Shown here: piece by piece, positions 9,135 to 16,909 of the stretch
Layout of the letters: each line of letters starts with the position of its first letter
How positions within the stretch are numbered: the first letter of the stretch is position 1
NCBI GenBank assembly: GCA_046728115.1
Contig: JBKPDW010000110.1
Span: 1 to 55,215 of the forward strand
From: Acidobacteriota bacterium
GTDB lineage: Bacteria; Acidobacteriota; Vicinamibacteria; Vicinamibacterales; CAVVIG01
Reading direction: 5' to 3'
Length of the DNA: 55,215 bases
Translations under genes and position numbers: made by a program
The notes under the pieces: model-generated
Told to the model about the DNA's origin: nothing
Databases searched by the model: none
The model's input: only the letters and a program-made list of their open reading frames with translations

Positions 9135-10636
9135 TTCGAGTCGCCGTCGTCCTTCTCGTCAGCGCGCTCGCGGCGGCGACTCGGGCCTCAGCCGTGCCGC
9201 TCCTGCAGGCGCAGGCCGAACAGACCGATAAGAAGGAAACGCCCGCGAAGGCGCAAACGGCCGAGAAAGGCAAGAAGGCGCCGAAAAGCCAGAAGGCCCC
9301 GAAAGGGCAGAAGGCGAAGAAGCCCAAAAAGGCGAAGAGCGACGTGCCGTCTCCCGACGAAAAAATCGACACCGAGGCTGCCGACGGCCCTGAGGATGGA
9401 TTCCGCTTCGTCTGGAAACAGCACCCGTCAATCCGGTACGGATCGGTTTTCCGAATGGATTTCGAAGGGAAATTCCAGGAAGATGCACGCTGGTCCTATC
9501 CGAACGCCAAGGGCCTGGAAGACCCGATTACCGCCGAAACCGAGACGTGGGAGTTGCACCGCAACCGATTCGGCATTCAAGGCCACCTCTTCAAGAAAAT
9601 CGAATACGAGGTCGAACGCGAGTTCACCGAGAAGGAACTGACGGAAAAAGACATCTTGAACGGCGTGACGCCGAGCTCGCACTGGAAAGACGTCTATCTG
9701 AACTTCACGTTCATCAAGAACGCGCAGGTGCAGGTCGGCAAGTTCAAGATCCCCTTCGGTCTCGACCAGTTGACCGGGGTGACGCACAACGACTTCATCT
9801 ACAGATCGCTCGGCGCCAATTACCTTGCGCCCGCGCGCGACATTGGCGGGATGGTGCACGGCCGATTCTTCAAGCGTGGTCTGAATTATTGGGCTGGTGT
9901 CTTCCAGCACGACGGCGACAACGCAAGGTCGAAAAAAATCCAGGGCGGCGATACGACCGTGGCGGCCCGTGTCACCGGAGCGCCGCTGCGGGCCCTGACT
10001 CATTCATCCGGGAATTTCGAGGTCGGATCGGCCTTTACCGGCAGCAAGCTCTCGGACGACTCATTTCGTCCGAACGGCCTGCGCGGGCGCACGACACTCA
10101 CACAGGACACGTTCTACGAGCCGGTGTATGTGAAGGGCAGGCGTTATCGCTGGGAAGCCGATGCCGACTGGTTTCATGGACCGGCGTCGGCGCGTGCCGA
10201 GTACACACTTGTTCTGGACAATCGCCAGGATCAGGGCATCTCGGGAGACGACCTGCCAGATGCGCGCGCCAGATCCTGGTACGTCTCAGGAACGTTTCTC
10301 CTCACGGGCGAAACGAAGAAGCGCCCGGTGCGGCCGTCAAACGATTTCCTGCAAGGGGGCATCGGTTCCGTTGAGCTGGCGGCGCGCGTCGAACGTATGT
10401 GGTTCGACAGCCTGGGCTCCGGCGAGCCGTATCGAAGCCCGAGAGCCGAATTCGTGCTGCCCGACGGAGAGAACGCCTTTACGCTCGGCCTGAACTGGAC
10501 GCTCAACCGGTTCGTGAAGCTGCAGTTCAACGCGATTCGCGAGAACGTGGAGCACCCGCGCAACCCCGCGCTGCCCGACAACTTTCCGCCGGGCGCCTTC
10601 TGGAACAAGATCTTCCGGTTGCAGCTCGTGCTCTAG
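9128..10636 (+). CDS. OprO/OprP-like (phosphate/polyphosphate-selective) outer-membrane porin with Lys-rich N-terminal extension
   Basis: Signal peptide; VQVGKFKIPFGLDQL, RDIGGMVHG, WYVSGTFLLTGE, VELAARVE, TLGLNWTLNRFVKLQFN; ends RLQLVL. Confidence 0.8.
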   Translation: MLIRVAVVLLVSALAAATRASAVPLLQAQAEQTDKKETPAKAQTAEKGKKAPKSQKAPKGQKAKKPKKAKSDVPSPDEKIDTEAADGPEDGFRFVWKQHPSIRYGSVFRMDFEGKFQEDARWSYPNAKGLEDPITAETETWELHRNRFGIQGHLFKKIEYEVEREFTEKELTEKDILNGVTPSSHWKDVYLNFTFIKNAQVQVGKFKIPFGLDQLTGVTHNDFIYRSLGANYLAPARDIGGMVHGRFFKRGLNYWAGVFQHDGDNARSKKIQGGDTTVAARVTGAPLRALTHSSGNFEVGSAFTGSKLSDDSFRPNGLRGRTTLTQDTFYEPVYVKGRRYRWEADADWFHGPASARAEYTLVLDNRQDQGISGDDLPDARARSWYVSGTFLLTGETKKRPVRPSNDFLQGGIGSVELAARVERMWFDSLGSGEPYRSPRAEFVLPDGENAFTLGLNWTLNRFVKLQFNAIRENVEHPRNPALPDNFPPGAFWNKIFRLQLVL

Positions 10637-10648
10637 ACAGAGGATGTC

Positions 10649-11905
10649 ATGCTGAAACGGATCCTGATCGCTCCGCTTGTCGTCGTCGCGCTGGCTGCGC
10701 TGTCGCCCCTCGTGGCGCAAGGGGATCCGGCCGCGCCGCTGTTCGACGACAGCGTGCTGCACGAAATCAGACTGACCGTCAACAGCAAGGACTGGGCGTC
10801 GCTGAAGGAGCACTTTCAGGACAACACCTACTATCCGGCAGACTTGCGGTGGCGTGACCAGGTGGTCCGCAACATCGGCATCCGGTCGCGCGGCACGGGC
10901 AGCCGCCGCCCGAACAAGCCGGGCCTTCGCATCGACTTCAATCGCTACACAACGGGCCAGACATTTCTCGACCTGAAATCGATTCTCCTTCGCAACAATT
11001 CGCAGGATGCGACGAATCTGCGCGAACGTCTGGCGATGTTGTTCTTCAGACGTCTGGGGATCGTCGCCGAGCGTGAGGCGCACACGCGGCTCTACGTGAA
11101 CAACGAGTACCTCGGTCTGTTCACGATCGTCGAGTCACCGGACAAGGACTTCCTGCAGAAGAACCTCGGCGAGAACGATGGCCACCTGTACGAGTTCGCC
11201 TTCGACAACGAAGCCGTCCTCGCCGGCGCGGCGCCGTTCGTCTTCCAGTACCTCGGGTCGAACCCCGCACTCTACACGCCCTCGCCGTTCAAGCCGGAAA
11301 CGCTCGAGAGCGACCCGCAGGGAGACGTGCTCGCGCGATTCGTGCAGGCGATCAACGACACCAGCTCCGCGGCCTGGCGATCCAACGTGTCGGCTTACCT
11401 CGACCTGCCGCGATTCATCCGGCATCTGGCCGTCGAGAATTTCATGGCGGAAGAAGACGGGCTGACCGGCGACTACGGCCCGAACAATTTCTATCTGTAT
11501 CGATACGTGAACACGACGAAGTTCCTGTTCCTGCCGTGGGACAAGAGCAACGCGTTCTGGGACGCGAATTTCTCGATCTTCCACAACATCAACGATGGGC
11601 CGGAAGATCATCGCAACCGGCTCGTGGTCCGCGCGCTGCAGGAAGCCGATCTGCTCCAGCTCTATCTCGGGACGATGATCGAATGCGCCGATTCGGCGGG
11701 CGCGATCGATGCCGGCCAGACGCAGCCTTGGCTCGCCGGCGAAATCCAGCGCGAGTACGACCAGGTGCATCAGGCGGCGCTCGACGACACGTTGCTGTTC
11801 ACGAACGCCGAGTTCGAAGCGGCAATCACCGATCTCAAGGCTTTTCCAGCGAACAGAATCACAACGGTGCGTGCGCAAGTGGCCGCGGCGCAAGCGGGAC
11901 ACTAG
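10649..11905 (+). CDS. CotH-family secreted kinase-like protein (copy 1)
   Basis: Signal peptide; IRSRGTGSR..KPGLRIDF, LRNN..D...LRE, LYVNNEYLGLF..VE, D....NNFYLY, FLPWD motifs. Confidence 0.88.
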   Translation: MLKRILIAPLVVVALAALSPLVAQGDPAAPLFDDSVLHEIRLTVNSKDWASLKEHFQDNTYYPADLRWRDQVVRNIGIRSRGTGSRRPNKPGLRIDFNRYTTGQTFLDLKSILLRNNSQDATNLRERLAMLFFRRLGIVAEREAHTRLYVNNEYLGLFTIVESPDKDFLQKNLGENDGHLYEFAFDNEAVLAGAAPFVFQYLGSNPALYTPSPFKPETLESDPQGDVLARFVQAINDTSSAAWRSNVSAYLDLPRFIRHLAVENFMAEEDGLTGDYGPNNFYLYRYVNTTKFLFLPWDKSNAFWDANFSIFHNINDGPEDHRNRLVVRALQEADLLQLYLGTMIECADSAGAIDAGQTQPWLAGEIQREYDQVHQAALDDTLLFTNAEFEAAITDLKAFPANRITTVRAQVAAAQAGH

Positions 11906-11999
11906 AAGAATCGCGCCAGACGTCGGCTGCGATGAGAACGTTTTAGAATCAGTCTGAACCGGATCGATTCAACCGTTTCGTGAAGGTGCAGGTGATGGC

Positions 12000-13262
12000 G
12001 TGGCGAAGCGGATTCTCGTTGCTCCGATGGTCGTCGTCGGGCTGGCCGCGCTGCTGGCGCCGCTGCTCGTGGCCCAGGCGGATCCCGCCGCGGCGCTGTT
12101 CGACGACCGCGTCCTTCACGAGATCAGACTGACCCTCAACCCCAAGGACTGGGCGTCGCTGAAAGAACACTTCCAGGACAACACGCCCTACACGGCAGAG
12201 CTTCGATGGCGTGACCAGAGGTTGCGGAGCATCGCGACCCGATCGTACGGCTCCGGCAGCCGCCGGCCCAACAAGCCGAGTCTTCGTCTGGACTTCAATC
12301 GCTTCGAAGCGGGCCAGACGTTTCTCGCGCTGAAGTCGGTCATCTTTCGCAACAACTCGCAGGACGCGACGAACCTCCGCGAACGCCTGGCCATGCTGTT
12401 TTTCAGGCGTCTCGGGATCGCGAGCGTTCGCGAGGCCCATACGCGCGTGTACGTGAACGACGAGTACATCGGCCTGTTCACGATCGTCGAGTCCCTGGAC
12501 AAGGAGTTCCTGCAGAAGAATCTTGGCGAGAACGACGGCCATTTGTACGAATTCGCCTTCGACAACGAGGCGGTCCTTGCCGGCGCCAAGCGGTTCGTCT
12601 TCCAATTTCTCGGGTCGGCTCCGTCCCTGTACACGCCGTCCCCGTTCAAGCCGCAAACGCTCGAGAGCGATCCGCAGGGAGAGGTGATTGCGCGCTTCGT
12701 ACAAGCGGTCAACGACACCAACTCGGCCACCTGGCGTTCGTCGGTAGGCGCTTATCTCGACCTGGCAAGATTCATCCGGCATCTGGCGGTCGAGAATTTC
12801 ATGGCGGAAGAGGACGGGCTGACCGGAGACTACGGGCCGAACAATTTCTATTTCTATCGGCTCGTGAACACGACGAAGTTCCTGTTCCTGCCGTGGGACA
12901 AGAGCAACGCGTTCTGGGATCCAAACTTCTCGATCTTCCGCAACATCAACGACGGACCGGAGGATCATCGCAACCGGCTCGTAATCCGCGCCCTGCAGGA
13001 AGCCGATTTGCGCGAGCTCTACCTCGACACGATGATCGAGTGCGTCAATTCGGCGAGCGCGATCGATGCCGGCCAGACGCAGCCCTGGCTCGCCGGCGAA
13101 ATTCAGCGCGAGTACGACCAGGTGCACGAGGCGGCGCTCGAAGACACGTCGCTGTTCACCAATGCGGAGTTCGAAGCGGCAATAACCTCTCTGAAGGCGT
13201 TTCCGGCAGACAGAGTCGCCGCGGTGCGTGCGCAAGTGGCCGCTGCGCCCGCGCGTCGATAG
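12000..13262 (+). CDS. CotH-family secreted kinase-like protein (copy 2, tandem paralogue)
   Basis: Collinear with copy 1, with long identical stretches (RFIRHLAVENFMAEEDGLTGDYGPNNFY; NTTKFLFLPWDKSNAFWD); GTG start. Confidence 0.88.
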   Translation: MAKRILVAPMVVVGLAALLAPLLVAQADPAAALFDDRVLHEIRLTLNPKDWASLKEHFQDNTPYTAELRWRDQRLRSIATRSYGSGSRRPNKPSLRLDFNRFEAGQTFLALKSVIFRNNSQDATNLRERLAMLFFRRLGIASVREAHTRVYVNDEYIGLFTIVESLDKEFLQKNLGENDGHLYEFAFDNEAVLAGAKRFVFQFLGSAPSLYTPSPFKPQTLESDPQGEVIARFVQAVNDTNSATWRSSVGAYLDLARFIRHLAVENFMAEEDGLTGDYGPNNFYFYRLVNTTKFLFLPWDKSNAFWDPNFSIFRNINDGPEDHRNRLVIRALQEADLRELYLDTMIECVNSASAIDAGQTQPWLAGEIQREYDQVHEAALEDTSLFTNAEFEAAITSLKAFPADRVAAVRAQVAAAPARR

Positions 13263-13356
13263 CATTTAAGCGCGTTGAATCAAGTTCTCGACGGCGAAGA
13301 ACGCGCTGTCTCCTCTGTGTCCGCCGTGGTTGCGAGTCGCGAGGTAGTTCGCAACT

Positions 13357-13893
13357 TTACCGTTTCATTCGTCGAGACATCCGCCTCAGTTCCGCCGCAG
13401 CGAGCTTCATGATCTGCCGCGGTGTTCTGCCTCCGGGCCTGCCTCCCAGGCGGGCGCACCCGAAGCCGATGAATCCGTCCATGCCCACGCGGAGTTTCGA
13501 CCGGTGTGTCGCGACGAAGCGACGCTCGGTGGCGCATGGCGCAAACCGGAACAGGTTGTCGAGCCAGCCGACCGGCACGCCGGCCGCACGTCCGAACGCC
13601 ACGGCCGTGTCGACGTAGGGCGCCGCGACCACGGTATGGCCCTCGGCGAGCGCGGGCCGGATTTCCCACCGCAGCCTGAAAGCGAGATCCGCGGCGTACA
13701 GCAGCAGGAGCGTGCGCGGAGAGGGTGCCCCCGCCAGTCCGTCCGCGACCGCGAGCTCCTGAAAGACACCCGAGGCATCCCAATGGCTGATGCCGCCCTG
13801 GCCCGACGAGCCGAGGAGGCGGCGTGCTGCCGCGACCACAATCTGCGCGTCGACACCATCCACGGCGATCAGTCGGGGCTTGGTTCGTTTCAC
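13357..13893 (-). CDS. Degenerate thymidylate-kinase-fold protein (P-loop eroded)
   Basis: GTG start overlaps the upstream TGA (GTGA); RLIAVDGVDAQ where a Walker A is expected; LLLLYAADLAFRLRWEIRPALAEGHTVVAAPYVDTAVAFG parallels LLHGADFRHRVEQIILPALWQGKLVIADRFLFTGLA of the neighbour. Confidence 0.78.
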   Translation of the reverse strand: MKRTKPRLIAVDGVDAQIVVAAARRLLGSSGQGGISHWDASGVFQELAVADGLAGAPSPRTLLLLYAADLAFRLRWEIRPALAEGHTVVAAPYVDTAVAFGRAAGVPVGWLDNLFRFAPCATERRFVATHRSKLRVGMDGFIGFGCARLGGRPGGRTPRQIMKLAAAELRRMSRRMKR

Positions 13894-14660
13894 CAGGTGT
13901 CCCCCGTGCGCACGAGCCAGTCGGCCACCACGTCCACGTTCCATTGTGACCAGGGCCTGCGCTGTCCTTCGAGGAACAGTTCTCGAATCTGGCGATGCTG
14001 ATCGCCGATCGACTGCTCGGCGTCCACGGTGATGAAGTTGAAGATGAGCGCCAGCGACTCGTACTCGCGAATGACGCGCGCGATGAAGTGCTGGTAGCTT
14101 TCGACCGGATCCTCGACGTTCGTCACGTCCTGGCCGGCCTCGTAGAAATTCGGCAGCCGCGTGGCAGTGACCCGCTTGCCCGACGTCACCGGCGAGACCG
14201 AGAAATAGAACACGAGGTCGGGCCAGAGCAGCGGCTGATAGAGTTTCAGCACCCAGTCGAGGTCGAGGCCGCGGGCGACATCCCTGGCCAGCCCGGTGAA
14301 GAGGAACCGATCCGCGATGACGAGTTTGCCCTGCCACAACGCCGGAAGGATGATCTGCTCGACGCGGTGACGGAAATCCGCACCGTGGAGCAGCGAGAAT
14401 TCTTCCGGGCTGAGGGCCCGAACCGTCTTTCGGCTCCTGATGATCGGCTTGATCAGCTCCGACGAATTCCACTTGGTGGTGACGACGTCGTAGCCCTCTG
14501 AGCGGAGCCAGGTTTTGAACAGCTTCCGCTGGGTCGTCTTGCCAGACCCGTCCGGACCCTCGAAGGCGACGAGCAATCCTCGCCGTCTGGAAGGGTCCGT
14601 GAAGTGGCGTCGGGCACGCTGCCGCGCCCGCCGGAGCGCTGTACCCCTTAGATGTGACAT
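13890..14660 (-). CDS. Thymidylate-kinase-fold nucleotide kinase (dTMP kinase-like); start uncertain
   Basis: LLVAFEGPDGSGKTTQ P-loop, VIADRF motif, PDLVFYF; has TTKWNSS rather than the canonical TREPGG. Confidence 0.85.
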   Translation of the reverse strand: MSHLRGTALRRARQRARRHFTDPSRRRGLLVAFEGPDGSGKTTQRKLFKTWLRSEGYDVVTTKWNSSELIKPIIRSRKTVRALSPEEFSLLHGADFRHRVEQIILPALWQGKLVIADRFLFTGLARDVARGLDLDWVLKLYQPLLWPDLVFYFSVSPVTSGKRVTATRLPNFYEAGQDVTNVEDPVESYQHFIARVIREYESLALIFNFITVDAEQSIGDQHRQIRELFLEGQRRPWSQWNVDVVADWLVRTGDTW

Positions 14661-14692
14661 TCGTGTAAACGAAGCCGGCACATGATACAGCA

Positions 14693-15940
14693 CTAATAGT
14701 AGAGCTTCGGTAAGTCCAGTATCACCCGGCGGTTACCGAGATCCTCGAGCGAGGCCGGCAGCGTCGTCCCAGGCAGCAGCTCGAGATCCTGCCGCGCGAC
14801 GTCGACCTGCTCTGGTAAGTATCGGCGGCACGCTCCATATTCCAGCTCGTAGTCCTCGGATGGGAACCGAAGGCGCAGTCGAACGCGGTCGCCGTTGGGC
14901 TCCTGCGCGTACAGCGGATTCACCCTGAGCTCGCCGCGGACCGCGGTGCGTTTCTGAAGTGGATGACGGGCGAACACGTCCGGGTTCCTGGTAGCGACGA
15001 TCGTCAGCGCCTGTTCGCGATCGAGCGAATCGCTGGACTCGCGGCGCGAGAGATCGAGTGGTCCTCCGGACACGACATCCTCGAACAGGCGCGTTTCGCC
15101 GAACACGCGCGGCTCGAACGTCTCGAACAGGTCCACGTATCCTTCCGGCGAGAGCGGCTGACCATGAGAAGGCGTCCAGGTCCGCTCGTTGTGTGTATGG
15201 CCGATGAGGACCGTGCCCAGGCCTCGGGCGCCGTCGACCAGCCGCGTCATCTCACCGACGAACTGACGCTTGGTCCAGATATACATGAACGCGTCGACGC
15301 ACATGGCGAAGGAAAACACACCTTTGGCAAACGGCATCGGTGCGTTTCCATCGCAGCACACGGGCTCGCAGCCGGGCGCGGTGAACCGCCGGGCGAGCCA
15401 GACCTTTGCGAAATAGAGATCCGCCAGGATCGGCGGCGCCGACGAAACCTCGAGCAGCGATCGCGTGAGGTGCCCGGACCCGCCGCAGATGTCGATCGTT
15501 CGTCCGATGCCGCCGGTCGCCAGGCGTGCGACAGCGCGGACCACTGCATCAGCGACGAGAAACGTCGGGTCCGAGAAGCGGTAGAGGAAATATCCGCCTT
15601 CGAAATTCGGCCCGAGCGCGTCCACGGTTTCCCGATAGGTCGCCGCCGGAGACGCCGCAACCGCCGCAAAGGCTTCGGCGGCCCCCTCGTCCTCGAGTCC
15701 GAACATCGTCTGCCGCGCGCGATCCGGACGTCCGGCCTGAATGTGATCGCGTGCCGCGACCGCGGCGGGCTGAAGGTGGAGAACGGGGATGCCGTCCACC
15801 AGCGCGAATATGCAGCAATGGCACCCAAGCACGGCGTCCTGCAGGTCGTCGCCGTCGCGCCGATGGAAGATCGATTCGACGAGCGACAAGCGCCCGCCGC
15901 AGTAGGGACAGCGTAGGATGTCCAGCGTAGAAGAGTTCAT
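14693..15940 (-). CDS. Class I SAM-dependent methyltransferase with N-terminal Trm112-like zinc ribbon
   Basis: LDILRCPYCGG..LGCHC..FALVDGIPVL; SAM motif TIDICGGSGHL; CCDGNAPMPF. Confidence 0.8.
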   Translation of the reverse strand: MNSSTLDILRCPYCGGRLSLVESIFHRRDGDDLQDAVLGCHCCIFALVDGIPVLHLQPAAVAARDHIQAGRPDRARQTMFGLEDEGAAEAFAAVAASPAATYRETVDALGPNFEGGYFLYRFSDPTFLVADAVVRAVARLATGGIGRTIDICGGSGHLTRSLLEVSSAPPILADLYFAKVWLARRFTAPGCEPVCCDGNAPMPFAKGVFSFAMCVDAFMYIWTKRQFVGEMTRLVDGARGLGTVLIGHTHNERTWTPSHGQPLSPEGYVDLFETFEPRVFGETRLFEDVVSGGPLDLSRRESSDSLDREQALTIVATRNPDVFARHPLQKRTAVRGELRVNPLYAQEPNGDRVRLRLRFPSEDYELEYGACRRYLPEQVDVARQDLELLPGTTLPASLEDLGNRRVILDLPKLYY

Positions 15941-15952
15941 ACGCAACACTTA

Positions 15953-16113
15953 GAAGTCTGAAGTCTGAAGTCTGAAGTCTGAAATTCGAAGTCGTGAAAT
16001 CTGACGTCATGTCCGACCGAGGGATCCGAACGCGGCAGGGGCCGCACTCTTGATTTCGTACTTCTGACCGCTGACTTCTAACTTCTAACTTCGAACTTCG
16101 AACTTCGAACTTT
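15953..16113. repeat. Inverted 7-mer periodic repeat element (GAAGTCT)n ... (NNACTTC)n
   Basis: GAAGTCT x4 plus variants at 15953-16003; TGATTTC/GTACTTC/TGACTTC/TAACTTC x2/GAACTTC x2 at 16051-16113; arms are complementary in the GAAGT/ACTTC core. Confidence 0.85.
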
Positions 16114-16909
16114 ACGAATTCGCGACCGTCTCTCCAAGCTGCTCCAACGGCGACTCGCGGAGTCCCACGATTGGCGCTCGAGTGAAATACTCGACGCCGA
16201 GCCAGCGTCGTGCGTCTTCCTCGCCAATCCAGGCGATTGGATTCCGGGGGCCGATCTGCGTGCGATGGCAGCGGAGCGCGGCCAGCTTGCGCGCGATCCA
16301 GGGACGGACGTCGATGCCGAAGCCGGCCGGCCGGGCGGCCTCGCCGAAGGCATCGGGTGCGATGCCCCAGAAACTCGAATCTGCGGGGGCCCTGCCCTCG
16401 GTGCGGGCCGCCGCAAACACCTCGCGCATGATCCCCTTGCGCATCGTGACGTAATAGAGCGGCGGTGCGGCATCGCCGAAGGATCGCACGGCGGTGTACG
16501 TGCGCTCGTGCACGCCCACATGATCGAGATGCCAGTACAGCCCGTCGTCGGCGAACGTGATGATCGCGGATGGGCGATGACGCTCGACGAGTGAGACGAT
16601 GTCGGCGTGAAACTCCGATACGTGCGCCCATCGCAGGCAGCCGTCGGGATGCGCGAGCACCACGACTTCGGCGACGCCGAGCACCTTGGCGGCTTCGGTC
16701 AATTCGTTCGCGCGCACGCGCCCGAGATCGCCGTCCGGCGCCAGGACCGGATCGCTGATCGATCCGGCCTCGCCGTGCGAACCGCACACGACAACGACGT
16801 TTGCGCCGGCGTCCGCCAACCGCGCAAGGGTGCCACCGCAGGTCAACGATTCGTCATCCGGGTGAGCGAAGATGGCGAGAACGGTCCGACCGCTAACGGT
16901 GTCCGGCAC
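16112..16909 (-). CDS. PIG-L family (MshB/BshB-like) N-acetylglucosaminide deacetylase; start may be 16909 or 16933
   Basis: AIFAHPDDESL, GEAG, R..E...A..VLGV, H.DH (WHLDHV), K..AL.CH.TQ. Confidence 0.9.
   Translation of the reverse strand: MPDTVSGRTVLAIFAHPDDESLTCGGTLARLADAGANVVVVCGSHGEAGSISDPVLAPDGDLGRVRANELTEAAKVLGVAEVVVLAHPDGCLRWAHVSEFHADIVSLVERHRPSAIITFADDGLYWHLDHVGVHERTYTAVRSFGDAAPPLYYVTMRKGIMREVFAAARTEGRAPADSSFWGIAPDAFGEAARPAGFGIDVRPWIARKLAALRCHRTQIGPRNPIAWIGEEDARRWLGVEYFTRAPIVGLRESPLEQLGETVANS

Noticed and set aside
10649-13262. CotH direct repeat as a mobile element or assembly duplicate
   Set aside because: The copies differ throughout with many substitutions while both frames stay intact; no transposase, IRs or target-site duplication
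13890-14660. Assigning gene symbol tmk or ppk2
   Set aside because: The fold is clear but the specificity motifs fit neither confidently; left unnamed
15953-16113. Heptamer tracts as a CRISPR array
   Set aside because: Units are 7 nt and contiguous, with no 23-47-nt repeats separated by unique spacers and no cas genes
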